Source: a bacterium
Lineage (GTDB): Bacteria > Patescibacteriota > Minisyncoccia > Phycocordibacterales > CALRBL01
DNA length: 64,000 nucleotides
Assembly (NCBI GenBank): GCA_027487075.1
Contig: JAIYEG010000010.1
Span: 111,270-175,269, forward strand
Direction: 5' to 3'
Position numbers and translations under genes: made by a program. A model generated the notes under the pieces. The model worked only from the letters and a program-made list of their open reading frames with translations. It made no database searches and had not been told where the DNA came from. Shown piece by piece: positions 47,993 to 56,777 of this stretch (positions are counted from its first letter, which is position 1; each line of letters opens with the position of its first letter).

Positions 47993-48240
47993 AGTCGGTC
48001 TTTCAATTTGGAATTGTTCGTTAGAACTATGTCCGTTTATTTGATGCTAGAGGGCTACCTTATCGCCATAGCTAGGAAATGCCCATAATTGAGCAGTTTT
48101 TAGCTATGGCGATATTGCAAATAGGTGTAAAAGAACTGTGGTGTATTATAGCATAATATATACCATATTGTCAATATCGTATATATTATACAAATCATAC
48201 GGCATGGATTATTTATTGTTCGACAGAAGGAGACAATAAA

Positions 48241-48298
48241 AAAACCCCGACCATTTCTGGTCGGGGCGAAACAGCAATGCTGTTCCCAGCTGTTCCTA
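48241..48298 (-). terminator. Double-hairpin terminator module, copy 2, beginning at the 2OG-oxygenase stop codon
   Basis: Minus-strand read TAG-gaacagctgggaacagcattgctgtttc-gccccgaccagaaatggtcgggg-tttttt. Confidence 0.6.
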
Positions 48299-49129
48299 CT
48301 TAAACATCTGCACGAACTCGCCATGCGGCATATCGTAGTTGAAACCGGGTTTCTTCTCCTGCAAGCGACCGTGCCCTGCTTTGTCATACTTTGGAGTACG
48401 ACTCAACTGCACAAAGCATACCGCAGAATATCTTCCATGCCCTGCGGTTTCTGGAGTTGCCACCACCCGATGACACAGCGCACGAAGCGTGCCTTCTGAC
48501 CGAAGCTGTAATTGCATTGACGGAATGATGACCGTCTCACCTTCCGACACCGGCATGTCGATCCACTGACGATCGTCGTAGGTGAGACACTGCAACCCTG
48601 GTGCACTCTCGAACAAGTGAAGAGTGAAGCCACTTTGATCGGTGTGCGCGGTTGCAGTCTCTTCACCGATTTTGCGATCACCGAAGTAGTGAATGAATCG
48701 AACAAAGAACGCTACCTCACTCTCTTCCACCTCTTTGGCGAAACCTTTGATACCAAACTCAGATTCGACCTGAGCAGCAAACTGCACGATGGTCGGCTTC
48801 ATGAGTCCGACGAGCGTACTTGCTTGTTGCACGAACCGACGAGCAACATCAGAGCTCACCGAGCCAAGATGCTGTTCGACCCACTGTTCCCCTGCGAGCG
48901 TGATGTCAAAGTTTTCTTTTCGGTCAGCACTGGGTCCTTCACCAAGTTTGAGTTCGTATCCAACACCATCAGCACCATTGCTGTATGGCAAGCCTCGCTT
49001 CACCTCTTCAGGCAGAGCGCAGAATTTGTGCCACAGACTGATTGTATCCACGACTGCTTGTCGCAAATCGGGAGGATATGAAATTGAAACAAAACCATGA
49101 GTTCCTAGTTGTGTGATTGATGTGTTCAT
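48296..49129 (-). CDS. 2-oxoglutarate/Fe(II)-dependent oxygenase (IPNS/flavanone-hydroxylase-like)
   Basis: 277 aa with an HTDQSGFTLH...H HxD...H facial triad, an RxS-like motif, and a DIOX_N-like N-terminus. Confidence 0.7.
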   Translation of the reverse strand: MNTSITQLGTHGFVSISYPPDLRQAVVDTISLWHKFCALPEEVKRGLPYSNGADGVGYELKLGEGPSADRKENFDITLAGEQWVEQHLGSVSSDVARRFVQQASTLVGLMKPTIVQFAAQVESEFGIKGFAKEVEESEVAFFVRFIHYFGDRKIGEETATAHTDQSGFTLHLFESAPGLQCLTYDDRQWIDMPVSEGETVIIPSMQLQLRSEGTLRALCHRVVATPETAGHGRYSAVCFVQLSRTPKYDKAGHGRLQEKKPGFNYDMPHGEFVQMFK

Positions 49130-49188
49130 AATCTATGAACAGTCTATAGATAGACCCACAAAAAGATAGCGAGGACTCCCTCGGTAGA

Positions 49189-49908
49189 CTATTCCTCGAT
49201 CGTATCGCTCTGTATTTCTTCCTTAAAGAAAAATGGCATGGTATCTATGGTGCCATCTTTAATTGCGGTGAGTACCGGCACCAAACTTCTGATCGAATCA
49301 TACTCAGCAGACTCATGCTGTATCGCTTGATCGATAGGAACCCAGATATGGTGTCCGAACGATGAATCAATAAGAAGCTCACCCGATGATGAGTCAGTAT
49401 AGGCAATGGGAAAGAGTACATCAGAAAAGAGTTCACCTTGTTTGTAGAGAATGCGGCGCTCCATAGCCACAAGTTTGAAGGTGGCATCAAGTCCGGTTTC
49501 TTGTTTGAGTTTACGGGTTGCTGCAGGTTCGATGAGTTCACCTTTGAGCACAACTCCACCCATGACACCAACTTTTCCATACGATGGGTTTGAGTGTCGG
49601 ACCTGATTGAGAATTTCTATCGCACCATTATTGATGCGCGAGACGATAGTGATGACATTCACCTTAAAGAGACTCGTGATGGCGTCGTTAGTGGGATAGG
49701 GATCAGCAACGTGCTTGATTCCCTTTTGTGACAAGGCATAACCCTCATCTGTCTTGGTGACGAAGTCTTTTTTGACGAGGTGTTGGAGGTGGTAGTTGAA
49801 GAGGTCGTTCGGGACTTTGGGAGGTTGGAGCTCGCTATAGCGAAGAGACGCTGCGTTTTTGAGCTTGGAGAGGATATGGTTTTGGATGGGAGACAGGTTG
49901 AGGGACAT
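49189..49908 (-). CDS. NUDIX hydrolase with N-terminal winged-HTH domain
   Basis: 239 aa with N-terminal HTH-like helices and a Nudix box, GVVLKGELIEPAATRKLKQETGL. Confidence 0.6.
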   Translation of the reverse strand: MSLNLSPIQNHILSKLKNAASLRYSELQPPKVPNDLFNYHLQHLVKKDFVTKTDEGYALSQKGIKHVADPYPTNDAITSLFKVNVITIVSRINNGAIEILNQVRHSNPSYGKVGVMGGVVLKGELIEPAATRKLKQETGLDATFKLVAMERRILYKQGELFSDVLFPIAYTDSSSGELLIDSSFGHHIWVPIDQAIQHESAEYDSIRSLVPVLTAIKDGTIDTMPFFFKEEIQSDTIEE

Positions 49909-49953
49909 GAGGTGATACTACTCAGTCTGGGAGAAAATTCAACTTGTAACAAC

Positions 49954-50403
49954 CTACACCGTCATTGTCGGCACCACCTCATCACTCTGATACTGTGCAT
50001 CACCGAAAGCGAGGAGAGGATAGAAGATGACGGGCAAAAAGATAAGTCCAAGTGTGTATCCTACTCCCTTTCCAAAGACACGTGAGAGTTCAACATAGAC
50101 GAGAAGAAGTATAATAAGGTTGACGAATGGAATAAACAGGAGGAATATCCACCATATTGGCTTTTTGATGATTTGGAGGAGAACGACGGTGTTATAGATA
50201 GGAATGAGAGATGCCCAGCCTGGCTGGTGTGCCTTGGTGAAGATACGCCATAGTGATGCCACCATGAGCACGATAACAAATACTACAAAGATGAAGATAG
50301 GTGCGTAAACAGTAACGTCGGGACACGGGACCTCTTGACCGTTGACGCGACACAGTGCTGCCGCGAGGTTAGATGGTGATGAAAATAATGAAAAAATGTT
50401 CAT
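49954..50403 (-). CDS. Hypothetical membrane protein
   Basis: 149 aa with 3-4 TM helices and a PGWASLIPIYN motif. Confidence 0.45.
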   Translation of the reverse strand: MNIFSLFSSPSNLAAALCRVNGQEVPCPDVTVYAPIFIFVVFVIVLMVASLWRIFTKAHQPGWASLIPIYNTVVLLQIIKKPIWWIFLLFIPFVNLIILLLVYVELSRVFGKGVGYTLGLIFLPVIFYPLLAFGDAQYQSDEVVPTMTV

Positions 50404-50452
50404 GTGATTGTTGTTTGGTTGGTATGAATAAATTATATCATTTGAAATGAAA

Positions 50453-50806
50453 TTACATCACCTCTATCTGATACACATCCGTCGCAGGTTCTTCATACGG
50501 GTGCGCTTCGCGAATTGCTTTTAACACTGTTTGAAGTTTGTCTTCCGAGCAGACGGTTTCAATACGATCTTCTTGAACTTCTTCCAATGTTCCAACCGTA
50601 CCAATGGTTGGATGAGCTCCTTCGAGGGGCTTAAACCTACCTACTCCTTTAAGGGTGAATGTGCAGTGTGAATAATTACCTATCTTTCCAGCACCAGCGT
50701 TTCCGATTGCATCACGAAGCACATCAGCATGTGTTTCGGGAACATAAATGACAATTTTGTATTGTTTCTGCATGAGGTAATTATACACATAAGCGCCAAT
50801 TGACAT
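50453..50806 (-). CDS. Small PII-like / Nif3-insert-like domain protein
   Basis: The conserved part begins MSIGAYVYNYLMQKQYKIVIYVPETHADVLRDAIGNAGAGKIGNYSHCTF...EAHPYEEPATDVYQIE. This matches the YqfO/NIF3 PII-like insert domain (COG3323-like). The ORF's first 64 codons look non-coding. Confidence 0.45.
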   Translation of the reverse strand: MSIGAYVYNYLMQKQYKIVIYVPETHADVLRDAIGNAGAGKIGNYSHCTFTLKGVGRFKPLEGAHPTIGTVGTLEEVQEDRIETVCSEDKLQTVLKAIREAHPYEEPATDVYQIEVM

Positions 50807-51090
50807 ATCGACACTATATGGTTGTATAAGCTGTGAATGAACAAGCCACTCAACGAACTTTCCCGGAGCACGTCGTTTGTCCCTGTACAAAGAAGTGATA
50901 TGCGGAGCTTCCATGGAGCCGAGCACTGTGGCCCCTACCTTCTTCTCATCCAAACAGTTTCTGTTCCCGACAATGGGGATTGGAACTGCGTGTGCCAAAC
51001 GACGGGAACTCTTTGCTTTTTACCACCACTTCATCGCGTCACTCCTGTAAAGGTGAAGGTAACCCTTGTGATGTGACGCATGGGTTCAAT

Positions 51091-51120
51091 CCGCACACCT
51101 CTCAGTGTGCGGATTTTTAT
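51091..51120 (+). terminator. Plus-strand rho-independent terminator with no annotated plus-strand gene upstream
   Basis: ccgcacacctctcagtgtgcgg-atttttat. The T-run is on the plus strand only. Confidence 0.45.
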
Positions 51121-51126
51121 GTATGC

Positions 51127-52785
51127 TTAATTTAAATCAATACCGTACCTTTTTACTCTCTGCCTGTTTAAATCAGATTCTTGACCAATTTTAATAAGAG
51201 CATTTTCAAAAGTTGTAGTAATTTTTTTCATTTCATCACTTGCGTTAGCATATTTTCCAAATTGAAGCGCCTGACTAATAATTGTTCGTAACTCTCTTCC
51301 TTCGGAGTTTTTAATTATGCTATAGTAATTTTCAACCGTCACTTCAGAAAGCCTCTTTAAATCATCCTCGTTCCATCCTCCATTTTTAGCAATATCTATT
51401 AATAAACTTTTTGGATCCCTATTATCTTTAAAACTCAAGAACTTATTATTGAATGCCTTAATAAGATTCGGATCACTTAACTCACTCAATAATAAACTTT
51501 GTGTATTATAAAAATTTTTTGATTCCTTTCTTTCATTAATGTAAAAATCAATCATTTCTTCTGCTTCCTCATCTTTATCGAATTTTCTAAAAAGACGAAC
51601 TGTTGCATCTAAATCATTAGGAGTAACTGCCTGCACACCCTTTTTTAGAGACTCTTTAATGTTAGTTAAAATTTCTTCTTTTTCACCTAGAAATGATTCA
51701 TCAAACTTATTCCATGCCTCACCAAAAGTATTACCATAATTTTCAATACTAATACTCTTATCGAATTCATCAGCTTTATCCTTAATTGCCTTGGTATCAA
51801 AATAGCCACACTTAATTGCCTCCAAGATAAGATTATCAACTTCATCAAAATGAGTAAAATTAATTGAACTTAACTGCAACCTCCATCTTTTTTCCACTTC
51901 ATTTTCTTTTGTCTTGCTATCTCTTAAAAAATTATAATGGTTAAAATTCTTAATATAATTGAGGTCAGGTGCAACATTCGGTTGATAAAAAGACCAACCC
52001 AACAAAACGACAGAAGGAAGCCAACCTACGAAAACCTTTTGACTATTATCTTTTAATATAATTTCTAGTTTATCTAAAATTCTTTCAATCTTTTTAATAA
52101 TCCTAATATTTTTGATGTTTAATGATATACAAATACTTTTAAAATCTTTACTAAAAGATTTAGTATCATTGACTGCGATTTGTATAGCTTCAATAGTTGT
52201 TGGTTCAAATTTAATATCAATATCAAAAACTTTTTCTAGTTGCAGATCAAAATCTTTTCTATTATGCTCAGTAAGCATTTCATAATTTAATAACACCACA
52301 ACCTTGCATTTTCTCTGTTCCTTAAGAAACAAGGCCAACCCAAATATATCATTCATGGTTAGATCAGCTCCACAACGTTCTAAATCGTCAATACAAATAA
52401 TTTGATTTGAGACCAAACTAAAAGTAGGAAATATTGATTTATAATCTTTAATTTTTGGTATTTCACCTACAAATTTGTAGACTTTTCTCCAGCTATTCCA
52501 TTTTCCAAAAGAAAAATATGAAAGAATGTAATCAATGTAATTAATTTTAAGTTTTTTAGAATTTTCAAAAATTGAAAATTTTACTTCTTCTAGAGAATTA
52601 ACTCCAAATAAGCTAACGTACGAATACTTTCTCAAAGCAACATTATTTTTTTGAGTAGCTAAATTTAAATAGTGATTCCAAGTATAAGTTTTTCCAACTC
52701 CCCACTCACCAGTAACACACATGATTTCTGGTTCAGAGGTTGAGATAAATCTTTCAATTTCTTCTGCTGCTAGTTTAACTGACAT
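51127..52785 (-). CDS. KAP-family P-loop NTPase
   Basis: 552 aa with Walker A GEWGVGKTYTW and the KAP-type Walker B ICIDDLERC. The gene is strongly AT-rich, about 30 percent GC against about 45 percent in the flanks. Confidence 0.8.
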   Translation of the reverse strand: MSVKLAAEEIERFISTSEPEIMCVTGEWGVGKTYTWNHYLNLATQKNNVALRKYSYVSLFGVNSLEEVKFSIFENSKKLKINYIDYILSYFSFGKWNSWRKVYKFVGEIPKIKDYKSIFPTFSLVSNQIICIDDLERCGADLTMNDIFGLALFLKEQRKCKVVVLLNYEMLTEHNRKDFDLQLEKVFDIDIKFEPTTIEAIQIAVNDTKSFSKDFKSICISLNIKNIRIIKKIERILDKLEIILKDNSQKVFVGWLPSVVLLGWSFYQPNVAPDLNYIKNFNHYNFLRDSKTKENEVEKRWRLQLSSINFTHFDEVDNLILEAIKCGYFDTKAIKDKADEFDKSISIENYGNTFGEAWNKFDESFLGEKEEILTNIKESLKKGVQAVTPNDLDATVRLFRKFDKDEEAEEMIDFYINERKESKNFYNTQSLLLSELSDPNLIKAFNNKFLSFKDNRDPKSLLIDIAKNGGWNEDDLKRLSEVTVENYYSIIKNSEGRELRTIISQALQFGKYANASDEMKKITTTFENALIKIGQESDLNRQRVKRYGIDLN

Positions 52786-52950
52786 AGTTTTAAATTAACT
52801 TGAATTCAAGGCTCGGTCACGGATAATTTTTTGCTAAAAATTTCCGCGACCCCGCCTCGCGCCGTCGCGCTCCGGCTTTCGAGTCCGCGTTACGCTTTCC
52901 ACAAAAGCTACGCCGTCTCTCAGTCTCGCTCACCCTTCGGGTATCGCTTG

Positions 52951-53021
52951 CTGCGAGACTAGGACTCGAACCTAGATAAACGGTGCCAGAAACCGTTGTC
53001 CTACCATTAGACGATCTCGCA
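52951..53021 (-). tRNA. tRNA-Gln(CUG)
   Basis: TGCGAGA-TC-GTCT-AATGGTA-GGAC-A-ACGGT-TTCTGGC-ACCGT-TTATC-CTAGG-TTCGAGT-CCTAG-TCTCGCA-G. U1-A72 and G73 are typical of Gln. The 74-aa ORF 52817..53041 across it is spurious. Confidence 0.85.
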
Positions 53022-53037
53022 ATGTTCTCCATTTGTA

Positions 53038-54138
53038 TCACAAAAACGTGATAACGACAATTTCGGCTTTGGTGCCGATACGAAACGGCGGACCCCAGGT
53101 TCCTGCCCCGCTTGTGGTGATCTGGGTCATGGTGCCGTAGGCTTTCATGCCGTAGTCGTAGCCTTGGTAAATCTTTTTGGTGATGTAGCTCAAGGGATAG
53201 AGCTGGGCGTGGTGGGTGTGACCTGAGACGGCGAGGTCGATACCGGCGGCTTCAGGGACTTCGAGGTGGAGGGGGACGTGTTTGATGAGGATGGTGGGAG
53301 TGGTGCTTGCGGTGGTGAGTGAGGTGAGAACGGAGGTGTAGTCTATGGCATCTTCGGTGGATTGGTAGTCGACACCGATGATGTCGACACCTTGTACCGT
53401 GCGCTTTTCATTGTTGAGGACGGTGACACCTGCATTGCGCAATCCTTCGAAAAAACCGATGGGCGAGCCGTGGAGTTCTTCGTGGTTACCTGAGGCGAAG
53501 TAGACACCCCACGGTGCGGTGATGGTGGCGAGGGGTGCGACACTTGCCTTCTCATCGATCTTCACACCGTCGTACACGTCTCCGGCAAGGAGGACGATGT
53601 CGGCACGTTCGGTGTTGGTGAGGTCGGCGATCTTCTGTGAGAAAGCGGTGCTTCTGATGTTGCCAAGATGCATGTCGGCGACGAGCACGGCTTTCTTTCC
53701 CTTCCACGCTTCAGGTGTGTTTGGGAGGCGCACGTCGTACCTCGTGACCTGCACATCGAATGCGCGGTATGCGCTGTATATGGTGAGGACTCCGGCAATC
53801 ACGACGAATGCGAGACCGATGCGAGAGAGGTATGGTGCAAGTGGTGGGATGAGCGCGATGAGTGCATACAAGATCGAAGCGACAAAGAGAAAATACAAAA
53901 GTCCCATCCAATAGGCAGAAATATTGTACAGCACTTTGATCACGATGTTGCTGTATTGCACAGAAACGATGGTTAACACCAAGAAACTGAGCGCAAGGAC
54001 GACAAACACCGTGCGAAACACGGTGAGGTGCGGCATGAGTGCGGTGGCAAACACCGCAAGAAGAAACTTATACACCGCAAGATGTACGAGTGAGATGATA
54101 CCGAGTACGATGCTGAAGAAAAACGCGAAGGCAATCAT
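53038..54138 (-). CDS. Membrane-anchored metallophosphoesterase (calcineurin-like)
   Basis: 366 aa with N-terminal TM helices and GDxxD / GNHE / GHTH motifs (DMHLG, GDVYDG, SGNHE, SGHTHH). Confidence 0.8.
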   Translation of the reverse strand: MIAFAFFFSIVLGIISLVHLAVYKFLLAVFATALMPHLTVFRTVFVVLALSFLVLTIVSVQYSNIVIKVLYNISAYWMGLLYFLFVASILYALIALIPPLAPYLSRIGLAFVVIAGVLTIYSAYRAFDVQVTRYDVRLPNTPEAWKGKKAVLVADMHLGNIRSTAFSQKIADLTNTERADIVLLAGDVYDGVKIDEKASVAPLATITAPWGVYFASGNHEELHGSPIGFFEGLRNAGVTVLNNEKRTVQGVDIIGVDYQSTEDAIDYTSVLTSLTTASTTPTILIKHVPLHLEVPEAAGIDLAVSGHTHHAQLYPLSYITKKIYQGYDYGMKAYGTMTQITTSGAGTWGPPFRIGTKAEIVVITFL

Positions 54139-54141
54139 GCC

Positions 54142-55068
54142 CTACACCTTAATATATTTCTTGACGGCAATCCAGCTTGAGATGATACCGAGGATGATAC
54201 CTGCTGCAATAATGATGGCAGTAATTTGCATGAAGTTGTCGAGATAGTAGGTGAAGATATTCAAACCAGTACCAAGGTCATACGTATACGGACCGAGCCA
54301 ATACGTGATGGGATAAAAGATAGCGAGGGTAATGAGCGACGAAATGAAGCCGTAGATGATACCGATGATAATGAAGGGGCCTTTGATATAGCGGGCTGAT
54401 GCACCTACGAGGCGCATGACGGCAATCTCATCCTTTGAGGTATAAATAGCGAGACGCACGGTATTGAAGGTGATGAGGATAGAGATGAGTGCGAAGAAGA
54501 TAGTGATGATGAGGCCGAGCTTTTCCGAAGAATCGATCATGCGACTCAAGGTGTCGATAGCTTCTTTGTTTTCGATGTAGCTGATCTTGTCGACGATATT
54601 GCGCGTCTTATCTCCTGAGACATTTTGAGTGGTCACAAAATCTGCAATTGCTTGGTATTGTGACGGATCGACAGCGCGGATGTTAAGACTTGGCTCCAGA
54701 GGATTCCCTCCTACTTCATCGAGCGCTTCGGTGATGAGCGGGTTGTCAGCATGGCGTGCGCGGAAGTTTTCGAGGGCCTCTGCTGCGGTGGTGTAGGTCA
54801 CTGAGGCTACTTCAGGACGCGCTTCGAGTGCTTGCTTGAGTGCTTGCGCTTGATCGTCGGTCGTGGTGGTTTCGAGATAGACATTGATGTCGACTTTCTC
54901 ACGAATTCCCTGCAAGGTTGATTGAAGGAGTGCACCAACAAACAAAATAGAGAGCACCACCGACAACGTCACTGTCATGATGAGTGTTGATGCAACAGAC
55001 ACTGATCCATTGCGAACAAATCCTTTTGCTCCAGCTTTTATGACACGTTTAATTTTGGTCCAGATCAT
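54142..55068 (-). CDS. ftsX: Cell division permease FtsX
   Basis: 308 aa with one N-terminal TM helix, a periplasmic domain and 3 C-terminal TM helices. It lies downstream of ftsE. Confidence 0.85.
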   Translation of the reverse strand: MIWTKIKRVIKAGAKGFVRNGSVSVASTLIMTVTLSVVLSILFVGALLQSTLQGIREKVDINVYLETTTTDDQAQALKQALEARPEVASVTYTTAAEALENFRARHADNPLITEALDEVGGNPLEPSLNIRAVDPSQYQAIADFVTTQNVSGDKTRNIVDKISYIENKEAIDTLSRMIDSSEKLGLIITIFFALISILITFNTVRLAIYTSKDEIAVMRLVGASARYIKGPFIIIGIIYGFISSLITLAIFYPITYWLGPYTYDLGTGLNIFTYYLDNFMQITAIIIAAGIILGIISSWIAVKKYIKV

Positions 55069-55078
55069 ATATGTTTAG

Positions 55079-55759
55079 TTATAGCATGTATTTGCCTGAT
55101 GTATCATCACGCACAATCTTACCATTTTCCATGGTCACCACACGACGACCGAGCGAATCGATGACACCTTTGTTGTGGGTAGTGAGGATGACGGTGGTGC
55201 CGAGGTCGTTAATTTTTTTGAGGATTTGAATGATTTCGTAGGTGTTCACAGGATCGAGGTTTCCGGTCGGCTCGTCAGCGATGATGATGTCAGGCTGATT
55301 GACAATGGCACGTGCAATAGCCACGCGCTGCTTCTCTCCCCCTGAAAGCTGATGAGGAAAATTCCAAATCTTATTGCCGAGATCCACGAGCTCGAGCACA
55401 TGCGGCACATCCACCGCAATCTCCTCTTCGCTACGACCTGCTGCCTCCATAGCAAATGCAATATTCTCATACACGTTCTTATGAGCAAGGAGGCGGAAGT
55501 CTTGGAAAACGGTTCCGATACGACGGCGATAGTTGTTGAGGTCGGTTTTCTTGAGGGCGTGGATATCGGTCTCCTCGAAGTACACTGCACCGTAGGTCGG
55601 CTTCTCTTCTCCGAGGATCATCTTGATGAGTGTGGTCTTACCTGCTCCCGACTGACCTACGATAGACACGAACTCCTTCGGGTCGACACGAAAGGTGATG
55701 TTATCGAGCGCAGCAGTGTGATCGCCGTAGATTTTTGAAACGTTGTCGAAGTAAATCAT
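55079..55759 (-). CDS. ftsE: Cell division ATP-binding protein FtsE
   Basis: It starts MIYFDNVSKIYG at 55759 and has GQSGAGKTT, LSGGEKQR and IADEPTGNLD. The longer 273-aa ORF adds a non-conserved N-terminus. Confidence 0.9.
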   Translation of the reverse strand: MIYFDNVSKIYGDHTAALDNITFRVDPKEFVSIVGQSGAGKTTLIKMILGEEKPTYGAVYFEETDIHALKKTDLNNYRRRIGTVFQDFRLLAHKNVYENIAFAMEAAGRSEEEIAVDVPHVLELVDLGNKIWNFPHQLSGGEKQRVAIARAIVNQPDIIIADEPTGNLDPVNTYEIIQILKKINDLGTTVILTTHNKGVIDSLGRRVVTMENGKIVRDDTSGKYML

Positions 55760-55810
55760 GCGAGATTCATTATACCAGCTGACTTGAGAGGCGCAATCAT
55801 GGAAGAGGCA

Positions 55811-55849
55811 TAAGAAAAGCGCCCGACCACGATGGTCGGGCGCTTTCGA
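55811..55849. terminator. Bidirectional terminator
   Basis: aagaaaagcgcccgaccacgatggtcgggcgctttcgag. Confidence 0.55.
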
Positions 55850-55859
55850 GCCAAGGCAC

Positions 55860-56687
55860 TCAGGCCGCGGCGAGCTTTTTGGAGCAGCACGGATATTCAA
55901 GCCGCTGCCGTACTTTCCACAGCACCACGCCGAGCAGTCCGCCGAACAGGCTTGCGCCGATCATCCACGCGGCGTCCTCAGCTTTGGTGGCCATTGACGG
56001 ACGCAGAAGGTAATCGGCCGAGAAGGCGATCAATGCTCCGACGCCAGCCGCCACGCTTTGCGTGGTAGCAACGTAGAAAAAGAGCGTGATGAGCGCGTCG
56101 AGAATAATGACAATCCACAACAGTACACACACATTCAGAGCGATAATGATGAGTGTCCAATCTCGTGCCATGACCAATGCTTCACGTACACCATGAGCGG
56201 TTACTAGCTTCCCTTCCCTATCACGAAGAGTGATTTTTCTTTCTGGCTTATCACCCGGACCTGAGTCATCAGGAAGCATCCTACCGATCATTTTACACAG
56301 CGGAAACTTGAACGATCCTTTGTCTAAGCACATGCACACTGCGAGCATTGCAGCAATGAAGCCTAGCACCAAAGTGATCGGCGTCGCAAAGTGTGCTGTC
56401 CAAGGCGAGACGAAGTACGTGACGCCGATATGCATCGGCATGATTCCAATGGTGAGCACCATCAGAGAGAAGACTGCCCATATCACCCCTTTGATGGTGT
56501 TTCCGAACACCTCCCAGAATGCTTCGACAGTCTTCTTCGGGTCGCAGAGTGCGATCGCGAATACCACGCCGAGCAAGCCGACGTACCAGGTATCGAAACG
56601 GCGCGTGAGCGCCAAGGACATGAATGTGCCGATTGCGGCGCAGGCAAAAAGCCTGAAGAGTTTTGAAGGAACCGAATTTGGATTCAT
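55860..56687 (-). CDS. Hypothetical polytopic membrane protein (GC-rich gene)
   Basis: About 275 aa from MNPNSVPSKLF, with 7-8 TM helices. Its GC is visibly higher than the neighbours. No recognisable family. Confidence 0.45.
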   Translation of the reverse strand: MNPNSVPSKLFRLFACAAIGTFMSLALTRRFDTWYVGLLGVVFAIALCDPKKTVEAFWEVFGNTIKGVIWAVFSLMVLTIGIMPMHIGVTYFVSPWTAHFATPITLVLGFIAAMLAVCMCLDKGSFKFPLCKMIGRMLPDDSGPGDKPERKITLRDREGKLVTAHGVREALVMARDWTLIIIALNVCVLLWIVIILDALITLFFYVATTQSVAAGVGALIAFSADYLLRPSMATKAEDAAWMIGASLFGGLLGVVLWKVRQRLEYPCCSKKLAAA

Positions 56688-56777
56688 AAACAAGCATGAC
56701 GTAGATCGGGCACCATGCACGACGATACGTTCTGCTAGCAGATTACAACGTTTACATCGTAAGTCAAAGCGGTTTAG

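Noticed and set aside
47726-48088. 120-aa plus-strand ORF antisense to the 142-aa gene
   Set aside because: It lies in a GC-rich region where both strands are open. The minus-strand frame has an ATG with AT-rich upstream context and a hairpin terminator after its stop, while the plus-strand frame has neither.
51040-51090. Plus-strand tRNA suggested by the GGGTTCAATCC motif
   Set aside because: The flanking 5-nt segments are not complementary, so there is no T-stem, and no acceptor pairing is present.
52817-53041. 74-aa minus-strand ORF
   Set aside because: It lies entirely over tRNA-Gln and the GC-rich trailer. Its Arg/Ser-rich composition is produced by GC-rich structure, not coding.
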